A stretch of 64,000 nt of DNA from SAR86 cluster bacterium (GTDB lineage: Bacteria > Pseudomonadota > Gammaproteobacteria > Magnimaribacterales > Magnimaribacteraceae): the NCBI GenBank assembly GCA_022447025.1, contig JAKUUL010000001.1, forward strand, positions 17,515 to 81,514. The letters run 5' to 3'. Numbering within the stretch: the stretch's first letter is position 1; each line of letters begins with the position of its first letter. The notes below the pieces were generated by a model. The model searched no databases. It saw nothing but the letters and a program-made list of their open reading frames with translations, and was not told where the DNA came from. Below, piece by piece: positions 48,369 to 58,735 of the stretch. A program made the translations under genes and the position numbers.

Positions 48369-50510
48369 ATGGAATCAATTGACGCTTTATCAGAAAAACT
48401 TTCAGATTACCTAGACTCTGGTCAAATAGAGCAAGTTAATAAAGCTTTTGAATTTGCCAGTGAAGCCCATTCAGGTCAGTTCAGAACTAGTGGTGATCCT
48501 TACGTCAGTCACCCTATAGCCGTAGCAAGTATTCTGAGCTCTTATCATATGGATGAAGACAGCCTTTCTGCTGCTATGTTGCATGATGTTATTGAAGACT
48601 GCGGAGTACCTAAAAGTGTTATCGAGAAAGAGTTTAATAAAAATGTAGCTAATCTGGTGGATGGCGTAAGTAAACTAGATCAATTAAAAATTTCTTCCAA
48701 AACCGAAGCCCATGCAGAGAATTTTCAAAAAATGATTCTAGCTATGGCAAAAGATATAAGGGTAATTGTTGTTAAGTTAGCTGACCGACTGCATAACATG
48801 AGAACCATTGAATATCTTGATAAGGAAAAACAAAAACTTAAAGCCAGAGAAACATTAGAGATTTATGCTCCTATAGCGCACAGGATAGGCATGAACACTG
48901 TTTACCGAGAACTAGAAGATAGATCTTTTAAAGTTCTTTACCCAACTAGGTATAGGCGCTTAAGAGTTGCAACAAAAAAGAGCAGGGGCAGTCAAAAGAG
49001 ATTATTAAAAAAAATAAAAAGAACGTTAGAAAAAAAGCTTGTTGATCAGGGTATACCTGCTTACGTTGAAGGAAGAGAAAAACATACCTACAGCATATAT
49101 AAAAAAATGAAAGAAAGTCGCAGGGCATTCGATGAGATTATGGATGTGGTTGCCTTTAAAGTAATTGTAGATAGCCCTGATAACTGTTACAAAACTCTTG
49201 GCGTTATTCACAGTATTTTTAAACCGATTGAAGGTAGATTTAAAGATTTTATTTCTATTCCTAAATCTAACGGCTATCAATCCATTCATACAGGGGTAGT
49301 TGGTTTAGATGGCCAACCCATTGAATTCCAGATAAAAACAGAAGAGATGAATGAAATGGCAGAAAATGGAATAGCTTCTCATTGGATTTACAAGATGGGT
49401 GAAGGTACAGAAAGCAACCCCCAACAAAAAGCAAGGAGATGGGTTGCTGATCTACTTGAAATGAGGGACAACCTTGAATCTTCAGAAGAATTTATTGAAT
49501 CGGTAAAAACAGACATATTCCCTGATGAAATCTATGTATTTACCCCTGAAGGAGAAATAATTCAGCTTGTAGCCGGATCAACAGCAATAGATTTTGCATA
49601 CTCAGTGCATACTGATATAGGACATCATTGCAGAGCCTGCAGGATAAACAGAAAACTGGCTCCACTAAGCGTCCCCTTGGAGAGTGGCCAGACAGTTGAG
49701 ATTTTAAGAGATAAGATTCCCCAAACATCACCTGCTTGGCTTAATTTCGCAGTTAGCTCACGTGCAAGAAACAGCATAAGAACTTATTTAAGTAATTTAA
49801 AGATATCCGAAGCCAGAAAGTTGGGAAAGAAATTACTAGATCAGTCCCTTGGTCATCAAAACGTTAAATTAAGACATCTTAAAAAAGATGAATTAAAAGA
49901 GGCGCTAGATGCTTTGGGTGTTAAAAGCCTTAACAGTTTGCTTGAAGAAATTGGCCTAGGAAAGAGAGTTGGAAATGTTGTTGCCAGACAAATGATTAGT
50001 TTTCTGGATAAAGAAGGTGAAGAGAAAAGTTCCAATAATCTATCCCTAGAAATCACTGGAACAGAAGGACTTGTTGTGAATTACGCAACTTGCTGTAAAC
50101 CAATACCGGGTGACTCAGTTATAGGTCATTTCACTACTAATGGTTTAGTGGTACACCAAGAAAGGTGTAAAAATATTCTGTCAATTAGGGAAGATCCTAG
50201 TCAGTGCTTTCCAGTAAATTGGCATGAAGAGTTACAGAGAGAATTTTCTACAGACGTAAAGATCTTAGCTTCAGACGAACCCGGATTACTAGCAACTATG
50301 GCAGCAGCCATAACAAACGCATCTACTAATATTGAATCTATACATACCCAAGAACTAGATCAAGGGCACATAGAATTCATACTGACTCTTCAAGTTAAAG
50401 GTAGAGATCAGCTGGCTATTCTTATTAGAAAACTAAGAAAATTAAAAAATATACTCTCAGTACAGAGAATTCATGATCAAGAAATGAGAGAAGCACAAAC
50501 CTTACATTAA
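48369..50510 (+). CDS. spoT: bifunctional (p)ppGpp synthetase/hydrolase (SpoT-type RSH)
   Basis: 713 aa. Intact HD hydrolase (HPIAVA..MLHDVIED), synthetase YQSIHT, TGS and C-terminal ACT. Context gmk-rpoZ-spoT. Confidence 0.93.
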   Translation: MESIDALSEKLSDYLDSGQIEQVNKAFEFASEAHSGQFRTSGDPYVSHPIAVASILSSYHMDEDSLSAAMLHDVIEDCGVPKSVIEKEFNKNVANLVDGVSKLDQLKISSKTEAHAENFQKMILAMAKDIRVIVVKLADRLHNMRTIEYLDKEKQKLKARETLEIYAPIAHRIGMNTVYRELEDRSFKVLYPTRYRRLRVATKKSRGSQKRLLKKIKRTLEKKLVDQGIPAYVEGREKHTYSIYKKMKESRRAFDEIMDVVAFKVIVDSPDNCYKTLGVIHSIFKPIEGRFKDFISIPKSNGYQSIHTGVVGLDGQPIEFQIKTEEMNEMAENGIASHWIYKMGEGTESNPQQKARRWVADLLEMRDNLESSEEFIESVKTDIFPDEIYVFTPEGEIIQLVAGSTAIDFAYSVHTDIGHHCRACRINRKLAPLSVPLESGQTVEILRDKIPQTSPAWLNFAVSSRARNSIRTYLSNLKISEARKLGKKLLDQSLGHQNVKLRHLKKDELKEALDALGVKSLNSLLEEIGLGKRVGNVVARQMISFLDKEGEEKSSNNLSLEITGTEGLVVNYATCCKPIPGDSVIGHFTTNGLVVHQERCKNILSIREDPSQCFPVNWHEELQREFSTDVKILASDEPGLLATMAAAITNASTNIESIHTQELDQGHIEFILTLQVKGRDQLAILIRKLRKLKNILSVQRIHDQEMREAQTLH

Positions 50511-50526
50511 TTACTGGAGAAGGATT

Positions 50527-50904
50527 ATGAAGAACAAAATAGAAACTGAGTCTGCACCTAAAGCACTTGGAACTTATTCTCAGGCCATTGATACAGGTAA
50601 TACCATCTACCTTTCAGGACAAGTTCCTTTAGATCCAAATACCATGGAACTCGTTGAAGGTGATGAAGAACAAATTAGACAGGTATTTAAAAATATCCAG
50701 GCAGTATGCGACGCTGCTGGAGTCTCTTTAGATGACATCGTCAAGCTAAATGTTTATCTCTCAGATTTATCAGTCTTTGCTAAAGTTAATGATGTAATGA
50801 AAGAGCTTTTTTCTGAACCATACCCTGCAAGAGCAGCTATTCAAGTGGCTAAACTACCGTTAGACTCTTTGATTGAAGTTGAAGGAATAATAGTTAAAAA
50901 ATAG
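50527..50904 (+). CDS. ridA: RidA/YjgF-family reactive-intermediate deaminase
   Basis: 125 aa. APKALGTYSQA, PARAAIQVAKLP. Confidence 0.92.
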   Translation: MKNKIETESAPKALGTYSQAIDTGNTIYLSGQVPLDPNTMELVEGDEEQIRQVFKNIQAVCDAAGVSLDDIVKLNVYLSDLSVFAKVNDVMKELFSEPYPARAAIQVAKLPLDSLIEVEGIIVKK

Positions 50905-50919
50905 TCTTCAACACAATTT

Positions 50920-53004
50920 ATGCCCGAAGGCAAAGAAAAAAATCATCCAATACAAAACATTAGAGGTGTAGGTCCAAAAATAGCCGACACTTTATCTAAC
51001 CTTGGCATTTATCAGGTTGAAGATGCCGTCTTCCATTTACCTTATAAATATGAAGACAGAACAAACCTCACCCCTATAGGAGATGCTCCATACGAAACTC
51101 CTCTATTAGTAGAAGGTGAAATAGTTAAATCGACTGTAGTCTTTAGAGGCAGGAGGATGCTCATAACCGAGATATTTGATGGTACAGGAAGATTGACTAT
51201 GAGGATGTTTCACTTTGCCTTCGCTCAACATAAAAACCTTAAGGAAGGCCATAGAATAAGGTGTTTTGGGACCATAAGGCACGGCCCTAAAGGGAAAGAG
51301 ATGATACACCCACAGTATCAAGTGTTTTCTAAAGATGAAGAAGTGGAAATAGAAGATCACTTAACTCCAATTTACCCCTCAACTTCAAATCTTCAACAAG
51401 GCAGATTACGAAAACTGATTCAAGGATCTATTATCTATTGCCAGAAAAATAACTTACTAAAAGAAAATTGGGAAACTGAGGATGAGGGTGGTTTTAAAGA
51501 TTTATTAAGTGCACTAACCTTCATTCACAATCCACCAACAGAAACTAGCTTGGAATTACTTTCTTCAGGCCAACATCCGGCGCAAAGAAAATTAATCAAA
51601 GAAGAGTTGGTTGCTCATATTCTTTGCTCAGGAATGTTAAAAAGAGAAACAGAGCTAAGAAAATCCCCTTTAATGCAGTCTGCCTCAAGACAAGAAAATT
51701 TATTACTAGGTTCACTGGGTTTTGAATTAACAAATGCTCAAACTAGGGTGTGGGATGAGATAAAACAGGATTTTGAAAAAGAGACTCCCATGAGAAGACT
51801 ATTACAGGGAGATGTTGGATCAGGAAAGACAGTTATAGCTGCACTTGCTACTCTGCAAGCTTCTGATAATAGTTTGCAGACCGCATTTATGTGTCCAACC
51901 GAAATCTTAGCAGAGCAACATTATGAAAATATGACTCAGTGGTTTACTGATTTGGGTATAAAGGTAGATTTACTTTTGGGTTCAACTAAAGCCAAGGATA
52001 GAAAAAGAATTCTTTCGGATTTACAAAGCGGCAAAACACAAGTTTTATTAGGTACTCATGCGTTATTTCAGAAAGATGTTATTTTTAAATCAGTTGGTCT
52101 GACCATAATTGATGAACAACATAGATTTGGGGTTCATCAAAGATTTACATTACTTGAAAAAGGGGGAGACAAGGAAAAAAGCCCACATCAACTAATTATG
52201 ACTGCTACACCAATACCCAGAACTCTTTCTATGACAGTCTATGGAGCATTAGACACTTCCATAATCGATGAATTGCCTCCTGGAAGAAGGCCTGTTGAAA
52301 CTACCTCTAGGCCTAATTCTATGCGCAGTAAAGTTATTAAACGCATTGAAGAGGTTTGCTTGGACGGCCAAAGGGTTTATTGGGTTTGTACACTTATAGA
52401 AGATTCAGATGAACTTGAAGCACAAGCTGCTGAAGAGCTTTTTAAAGAAATAAGTAAAGAAGTACCGAAAGTTAAAACAGGATTAGTCCATGGTCGTCTT
52501 AAAAAAGAAGAAAAAGATAAAGTTATAAATAGGTTCAGAAAGGGTGACATACAACTTTTAGTTTGTACCACGGTTATAGAAGTAGGAGTAGATGTTCCTG
52601 AAGCTACTTTAATGATAATAGAAAATCCAGAAAGACTAGGTCTGGCTCAACTTCATCAACTAAGAGGTAGAGTTGGTAGAAAGGCTGACACAGATTCTCA
52701 TTGCCTACTTCTTTTTAGAGAACCCCTTAGTGAACTAGCTAAGGAGAGAATAAGTACGATGGAAAACACAAATGATGGATTTGTAATAGCTGAAAAAGAC
52801 CTAGAGCTTAGAGGTGGTGGCGATATCCATGGATTAAGACAGTCTGGCTTAATGAATTTAAAAATAGCTAACCCTATAAGAGATTCAGATCTTTTAGAAT
52901 CCGCCCAACAAGAGGCGCTTCTTATTGCTAAAACAAATGAACTTCAAGCTAGGTCTCTTATCAATAGATGGATTGGGGCGAGGCTTGATTATTCAGATTC
53001 ATAA
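50920..53004 (+). CDS. recG: ATP-dependent DNA helicase RecG
   Basis: 694 aa. Wedge domain, GDVGSGKT, DEQHRFG, QLHQLRGRVGR. Confidence 0.97.
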   Translation: MPEGKEKNHPIQNIRGVGPKIADTLSNLGIYQVEDAVFHLPYKYEDRTNLTPIGDAPYETPLLVEGEIVKSTVVFRGRRMLITEIFDGTGRLTMRMFHFAFAQHKNLKEGHRIRCFGTIRHGPKGKEMIHPQYQVFSKDEEVEIEDHLTPIYPSTSNLQQGRLRKLIQGSIIYCQKNNLLKENWETEDEGGFKDLLSALTFIHNPPTETSLELLSSGQHPAQRKLIKEELVAHILCSGMLKRETELRKSPLMQSASRQENLLLGSLGFELTNAQTRVWDEIKQDFEKETPMRRLLQGDVGSGKTVIAALATLQASDNSLQTAFMCPTEILAEQHYENMTQWFTDLGIKVDLLLGSTKAKDRKRILSDLQSGKTQVLLGTHALFQKDVIFKSVGLTIIDEQHRFGVHQRFTLLEKGGDKEKSPHQLIMTATPIPRTLSMTVYGALDTSIIDELPPGRRPVETTSRPNSMRSKVIKRIEEVCLDGQRVYWVCTLIEDSDELEAQAAEELFKEISKEVPKVKTGLVHGRLKKEEKDKVINRFRKGDIQLLVCTTVIEVGVDVPEATLMIIENPERLGLAQLHQLRGRVGRKADTDSHCLLLFREPLSELAKERISTMENTNDGFVIAEKDLELRGGGDIHGLRQSGLMNLKIANPIRDSDLLESAQQEALLIAKTNELQARSLINRWIGARLDYSDS

Positions 53005-53928
53005 TTTAGTTAAAACCAAAACCACTCTATCTGGACTTGGTAAACCTTCTACAGTTCTATCCAGGCCTTGACTCAATCCATCTACTAAAGATCTAAACGG
53101 CATCCACTTAGTTGCTCGTTGTTCTTCGGGCATAGTTTTTACTGAAGAACCCATTTTTAATATTTTTAAACCCGATTTATTAATTAAGCCTTCTAAGCCT
53201 TTTCTAGAGTGAATAAACCAAACATTAGACATATTTGCATAACTGCTTTTAGGTATAAGAGCCTGTCCATATTCATCAGGTACTATTAATGTTTCTAGTA
53301 TTATTTGCCCACCTTCTTTTAAATGCGAGGCTAGTAAATTTAGATGACTTTCAGGATTTCTCTGGTGGTACAAAACCCCCATACTGAATACCAAATCAAA
53401 ACACTTATCTAGAAAAGATATTTCTTCAATCCTTCGTGGAACCATTTTTATTCTGTCTGAGTTAATGAAATGATTTAATACAAGAAACTGAGTTAAATGA
53501 CTTACATTGGGCTCTAGACAAACAACAAACTCCGCACCCTTCCCTAACATCCTAAACCCGTAATAACCATTTCCCGATCCAACATCTAAAATATTTTTTC
53601 CCTTTAGTTCTATATTTAAATCTAGAACACGTTCCCATTTCATATTTGACTGCCACTCGGCATCAATAAATATATCTTGAATCATGAAAGGGCCTTTTCT
53701 CCAAGGGACAAGTTGCATTAAGTCTTCTTCAGTTCTTTGTTTGTCTTTACTATCCCATTTCCCCTGAACTGTAATCCCATTTAACAAATCTACTTTGGTT
53801 GTGTTAATTAGAGGTAAGTTTGAGATTATTTTTTTCCAATTTTCGATTCGCTTATCTTTTACTTGTCCATAGGGATCTAAATCAAGACTATTCAATAAAG
53901 TTGTCCAGTGCTCATTTAATCTGATCAT
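52999..53928 (-). CDS. cmoB: tRNA U34 carboxymethyltransferase CmoB
   Basis: 309 aa. PWRKGPF, DVGSGNGYY. 1-nt overlap with cmoA. Confidence 0.9.
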   Translation of the reverse strand: MIRLNEHWTTLLNSLDLDPYGQVKDKRIENWKKIISNLPLINTTKVDLLNGITVQGKWDSKDKQRTEEDLMQLVPWRKGPFMIQDIFIDAEWQSNMKWERVLDLNIELKGKNILDVGSGNGYYGFRMLGKGAEFVVCLEPNVSHLTQFLVLNHFINSDRIKMVPRRIEEISFLDKCFDLVFSMGVLYHQRNPESHLNLLASHLKEGGQIILETLIVPDEYGQALIPKSSYANMSNVWFIHSRKGLEGLINKSGLKILKMGSSVKTMPEEQRATKWMPFRSLVDGLSQGLDRTVEGLPSPDRVVLVLTKL

Positions 53929-54656
53929 TATTTTTGAGCAATTAAAGTAAAGAAATTAAGGTTACTCATAACTTTTCTTATTTCTCTAAAACCAATTTTA
54001 ATAAGCCTTTGACGATGGTCTTTTTCTAAATCAGTTATCAAAACCCCTTCTAAAGCGTCTCGTTTTCTTGAAATTTCCATTTTTGTATACCCGTTTTTAA
54101 ACTTAAAGCTGTGATGCAAGTTAAAAAGAGCCTGGTTTCTGTATTTATTATCAAAATGTGTCTTTTCAGACAAAATCAGTAGTCCATTTTTTTTCATCCC
54201 GCAGAAAACTCTCTCTAATAATCCCTCTCTTTTGCTGGAGTCAATAAACTGTAAAACAAAGTTTATGACCACTACAGAGGCATCTTTAATTTCAACGTCT
54301 TCTAGATCCTGATTAATAAAATCTAATTTATTGGAATCAGTTAAATTCTTAAATTTTGAGTTGCAGTTTGAGATCATTGCCTTTGAATTATCTACAGCAT
54401 AAATTTGTCCATCTTTTTCCTCTACTGCCTTCAGAAGGCTTAAAGTAGAAGCTCCAAGTGAGCATCCCAAGTCATAACAAGAGCTGTTATTCTGATAATA
54501 ATTTTTTCCTAAGTTTTCAATAAGTTTTAAGCTGGATTTATAGCCTGGAACTGATCTATCTATCATGTCTTCAAAAACTTCAGTCACTTCTTCATTGAAA
54601 GAAAAAGGTAAGTCGTTAGAATTACTTGCTTTAAAAATGTTGTCTCTCTTTGCCAT
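53928..54656 (-). CDS. cmoA: carboxy-S-adenosyl-L-methionine synthase CmoA
   Basis: 242 aa. F.E.V.EVF.DMI.RSVPGY, DLGCSLGA. Confidence 0.9.
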   Translation of the reverse strand: MAKRDNIFKASNSNDLPFSFNEEVTEVFEDMIDRSVPGYKSSLKLIENLGKNYYQNNSSCYDLGCSLGASTLSLLKAVEEKDGQIYAVDNSKAMISNCNSKFKNLTDSNKLDFINQDLEDVEIKDASVVVINFVLQFIDSSKREGLLERVFCGMKKNGLLILSEKTHFDNKYRNQALFNLHHSFKFKNGYTKMEISRKRDALEGVLITDLEKDHRQRLIKIGFREIRKVMSNLNFFTLIAQK

Positions 54657-54687
54657 TACTAAATTAAGTATAAAAGATTAATATTCT

Positions 54688-55125
54688 ATGAATTACATCA
54701 TTAAGTCACCAGAAACTGAATCCGAGTGGGAAAGATATTTTAACTTCAGATGGGAAAAGCTGAGAAAACCACTTGGTATGCCAAAGGACACCCTGAAGGA
54801 TGATAAAGAACAAGATAGTTGTCATCTTATTGCTGTAGATAATAAAGAAGAAGTAATTGGAACGGGTAGATTACATTTCAATAATGAAGAGGAAGGACAA
54901 ATACGATACATGGCAGTAAGTGAATCTATTCAAAGAAAAGGTTTGGGTTCAGCAATAGTCTCAGAATTAGAACTGATTGCTAAGAAGAAAGGAGCAAGAG
55001 AAATGGTTCTAAATGCTAGAAAAAATGCTATAAATTTTTACTTATCTTTAGGTTATAAAGAGATAGAACCATATGAATCTGACACTGGCATACCCCATAC
55101 TACAATGAGAAAAGAATTAATCTAA
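54688..55125 (+). CDS. GNAT-family N-acetyltransferase
   Basis: 145 aa. Acetyl-CoA motif IQRKGLGSAIV. Confidence 0.8.
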   Translation: MNYIIKSPETESEWERYFNFRWEKLRKPLGMPKDTLKDDKEQDSCHLIAVDNKEEVIGTGRLHFNNEEEGQIRYMAVSESIQRKGLGSAIVSELELIAKKKGAREMVLNARKNAINFYLSLGYKEIEPYESDTGIPHTTMRKELI

Positions 55126-57120
55126 TTAGAGTAAGGGTGCTATTACAAGACTAACTATTGCCATTACATTAATTAAGATATTCATGGAAGGACCAGATGT
55201 GTCCTTAAACGGATCACCTACCGTATCTCCTACAACAGCAGCCGTGTGTGTATCGGTGCCCTTTCCTCCTAAGTTGCCTTTTTCAATATATTTCTTAGCG
55301 TTGTCCCAAGCCCCTCCAGCATTTGCCATGAATAAAGCCATTAAAACACAAGCTAATAAACCCCCTGCTAGCATTCCCCCTAAAGATTCTGGACCTAATA
55401 TAAAACCCACTAAAGGAGGTGCAGATACAGCAATAATTCCAGGTATAAGCATCTTTTTAAGCGCTGCAGAGGTAGCTATATCAACACACTTAGCAGTATC
55501 CGGCTCAGCATTGCCCTCAAGAAGACCAGGTATTTCTTTGAATTGTCTTCTTATCTCATTAATCATTTCAAAAGCAGCATCACCAACTGCTGTCATTGTT
55601 ATCGAGGCTATAAGAAAAGGAATAGCTCCACCAATAAATAGCCCAATTAATACCATGGGATTATCCAATAGCAATTGAAGGTCTTCTCCTCTGTTTGCAG
55701 AAACTGTTGAAACAAAAGCAGCTATTATTGCTAAAGCTGCTAATGCCGCTGCTCCTATTGCAAAACCTTTTCCTATTGCAGCTGTCGTGTTTCCCTGTTC
55801 ATCTAACTCATCAGTAATTTCTCTAGTTTCAGGTGGCATGCCTGCCATTTCGGCTATGCCCCCAGCATTATCTGCTACTGGACCATAGGCATCTATGGCC
55901 ATAGTTATTCCCACTGTAGAAAGCATTCCTACTGCTGCTATTCCAACTCCATAAAGATCTGCAAAATAAGTAGAAACAAAAATAATTAGTGCTATACAGG
56001 CAATCGGAACTACGACAGATTGCATTCCAACTGCTAATCCTGTGATCATTACAGTTGCAGGTCCTGTTTGGCCTGATTCGGCAATCTTAACGATGGGTTT
56101 CGAACCTGTGTAATATTCGGTAATTAAACCAATTACTATGCCTCCTGCAGAACCACTTAAGACTGCTAACCAAATATTACTTGAAGGAACTAGGAGGTTA
56201 ATAAGGAAATAAGCAGCTGATACAAAAATAACTGGTGCTGCAATTGTGCCAATTCTCATTGCTAAAGCAGGGGATAAATTGGAAAAAATTCTAACTATAA
56301 TTATCCCAATAATTGAAGAAATCAAACCTATAGAAGCTAAGGCCAAGGGTAAAAACATCATTTCTTCTCTATTTTCCACTATAAAAGCTAAAGAGGAGGT
56401 TGCAGCAATAGCAATACACGCAACCATAGACCCACAGTAAGATTCGAAGATATCTGAACCCATTCCAGCAATGTCTCCAACATTATCTCCAACATTGTCA
56501 GCTATAACTCCTGGATTTCTTGGATCATCTTCAGGTATTCCAGCTTCCAATTTTCCAACAAGGTCTGCCCCAACATCTGCACTCTTTGTGAATATTCCTC
56601 CACCTACTCTTGAAAATAGAGCAACAATGGATGCGCCCATAGCAAATCCTTCTATGGAATGAGCATCTCCACTTAAAAGATAATAAAGCGATCCTAATCC
56701 TATTAGCCCAAGAGAAGCTACACAGAGCCCCATAATTGAACCACCATAAAACGCAACTGAAAGTGCAGTTTCTGCACCAGATTCTGAAGCTGCTGTTGCA
56801 GTCCTAACATTTGCTTTTGTTGCTGAGTACATTCCTATCCAACCGGCAATAGAAGAAGAAAGAGCGCCTGCCAAAACGGCTAAGGCTGTATCTTGTCCTA
56901 AAGACATCCAAACCAAAACTATCACTACAACCGCAAATATCGTTAAATACAGATATTCGGTTTTCATAAAAGTCATAGCCCCAAGGTGGATTTGATCTCC
57001 AATCTTTTTTACGTTTTCATCCCCTTCAGGAAATCTATTAACAATAATATAAAGTCCTAGAGCAACTAGAAGACCTACAAATCCTAATAAAGGGGGTATG
57101 GCAAGATAACTCTCTATCAT
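55126..57120 (-). CDS. hppA: membrane-integral pyrophosphatase, K+-dependent-type signature (predicted Na+- or Na+/H+-pumping; generic name hppA)
   Basis: 664 aa. [67 protein letters not shown]. Confidence 0.95.
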   Translation of the reverse strand: MIESYLAIPPLLGFVGLLVALGLYIIVNRFPEGDENVKKIGDQIHLGAMTFMKTEYLYLTIFAVVVIVLVWMSLGQDTALAVLAGALSSSIAGWIGMYSATKANVRTATAASESGAETALSVAFYGGSIMGLCVASLGLIGLGSLYYLLSGDAHSIEGFAMGASIVALFSRVGGGIFTKSADVGADLVGKLEAGIPEDDPRNPGVIADNVGDNVGDIAGMGSDIFESYCGSMVACIAIAATSSLAFIVENREEMMFLPLALASIGLISSIIGIIIVRIFSNLSPALAMRIGTIAAPVIFVSAAYFLINLLVPSSNIWLAVLSGSAGGIVIGLITEYYTGSKPIVKIAESGQTGPATVMITGLAVGMQSVVVPIACIALIIFVSTYFADLYGVGIAAVGMLSTVGITMAIDAYGPVADNAGGIAEMAGMPPETREITDELDEQGNTTAAIGKGFAIGAAALAALAIIAAFVSTVSANRGEDLQLLLDNPMVLIGLFIGGAIPFLIASITMTAVGDAAFEMINEIRRQFKEIPGLLEGNAEPDTAKCVDIATSAALKKMLIPGIIAVSAPPLVGFILGPESLGGMLAGGLLACVLMALFMANAGGAWDNAKKYIEKGNLGGKGTDTHTAAVVGDTVGDPFKDTSGPSMNILINVMAIVSLVIAPLL

Positions 57121-57208
57121 TATTTCTCCTTAAATCAAAAACTATGTTGAGAACTATTAACAGCGGCGAAGTCTACAAGATAAAGAAGGCAATTTAAATT
57201 AATCTTTA

Positions 57209-58468
57209 TCACTTAGAATTAAAGATTGATAAATCCAGTTCATTTTCTGATTTGGCCACAATACAAGATACCGCAGCGTCACCGCACACATTAACTGCAG
57301 TCCTCATCATGTCTAAAATTCTATCAACAGCTAATATTAAGCCTATTGCATCTAAAGGCAGGCCAAGAGATCCAAGAATCAGTGCTAAAGTCACTGTACC
57401 AGCAGACGGTACTGCTGCAGTTCCTATCGAAGTTACTATGGCCAACAATACAATTTGTCCGTACTGAACTAAAGATAAATCTATACCAACAGTGCTGGCA
57501 ATAAACATAGTCGCAAGACCTTGCATGATAGCTGTTCCATCCATATTTATAGTTGCTCCAACAGGAACAACAAAAGAAGAAACATCTTTCTTAACGCCCA
57601 GATCATCTGTTACTGTTTTTAAAGTTACAGGTATCGTGGCCGCGCTTGAAGAAGTAGAGAAAGCAAACAGGGCTACATTTCTCATCTTTCGATAAAAAAC
57701 TATAGGGCTGAGGTTAGCAAAAGATTTAAGTATCAATGAATAAGTAAATAAAGAATGAAAGGCTAATACAAAAATTAATAAGAGAACATATTGAGCTAAA
57801 TCACCAAAAATATTTAACCCTTTAGCCATTACATAACTGCCCATTAAGCAGAAAACACCAATCGGAGCAAAACTCATTATTAACAAAACTATCTTCAGAA
57901 AAACTGTATTAAGTCTCTCAAAGGACTTTGAAAGTCCATCTGTTAAATCATCTGTGAGATTTAGGGCTATTCCAAATAAAATGCTTATAAATACTATTCC
58001 CAACATATTATTTTCAATAAAAGCACCAAAAATATTATTTGGGAAAATTCTTAAAACCGTTCCATATAAACTTGAATCGCCTGATGGGGGGACGTATGCG
58101 TCTACTGTTCCTTCAAATCCAGAAAGATTAAAAACCCAGCCAAAAAATAAAGCCAAGCTCACCGCTATAGCAGTGGTAAACAAATAAAGTCCAATAGTTT
58201 TGGTTGCTATAGATCCTAGCTTTACCATGTTGGATAGAGAAGATATTCCTGACACTAGTGAGAAAAAAACAAGCGGGACAACTACAAGCATCAAAAGATT
58301 CTTAAAAATCTGCCCACCCAGATTAAAAACATACTTTTCTACAACGAGTGATATATTTTCAGAAATAAATCCCGATGTGTAATAAAAGACTGAAGCAACT
58401 AGAACACCAGCAGCCATTCCAATCAAAACATTTCTTGTGAGGTTTTTAGGAGCAGATAAGGCGTTCAT
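57209..58468 (-). CDS. dicarboxylate/amino acid:cation (Na+/H+) symporter (DAACS family)
   Basis: 419 aa. [26 protein letters not shown]. Confidence 0.9.
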   Translation of the reverse strand: MNALSAPKNLTRNVLIGMAAGVLVASVFYYTSGFISENISLVVEKYVFNLGGQIFKNLLMLVVVPLVFFSLVSGISSLSNMVKLGSIATKTIGLYLFTTAIAVSLALFFGWVFNLSGFEGTVDAYVPPSGDSSLYGTVLRIFPNNIFGAFIENNMLGIVFISILFGIALNLTDDLTDGLSKSFERLNTVFLKIVLLIMSFAPIGVFCLMGSYVMAKGLNIFGDLAQYVLLLIFVLAFHSLFTYSLILKSFANLSPIVFYRKMRNVALFAFSTSSSAATIPVTLKTVTDDLGVKKDVSSFVVPVGATINMDGTAIMQGLATMFIASTVGIDLSLVQYGQIVLLAIVTSIGTAAVPSAGTVTLALILGSLGLPLDAIGLILAVDRILDMMRTAVNVCGDAAVSCIVAKSENELDLSIFNSK

Positions 58469-58629
58469 ATTTCAACCATTTCAAAATCTTCCTTGCCTAC
58501 TCCACAATCTGGACACACCCAGTCTTCGGGTACATCATCCCAAGCCGTTCCCGGTTCAATTCCTTCTTCTGGCCAGCCTTCTTCTTCATCATAGGTGAAA
58601 CCACATACTATGCATTCCCACTTTTTCAT
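58465..58629 (-). CDS. rubredoxin (54 aa; below the ORF-track length cutoff)
   Basis: Own translation: [54 protein letters not shown]. Both Cys knuckles are present (CIVCG, CPDCG), with the conserved aromatic core. TGA overlaps the symporter ATG (ATGA). Confidence 0.9.
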   Translation of the reverse strand: MKKWECIVCGFTYDEEEGWPEEGIEPGTAWDDVPEDWVCPDCGVGKEDFEMVEI

Positions 58630-58735
58630 TTATTTTTACTTTTACTTATTAATAAAATGCGACATTCTAACTCAACTTTCTTGGCAACCTAGACTAAAGT
58701 ACTCCTTCTTTAGTACTTAGGATAGAAAAAGTGAA

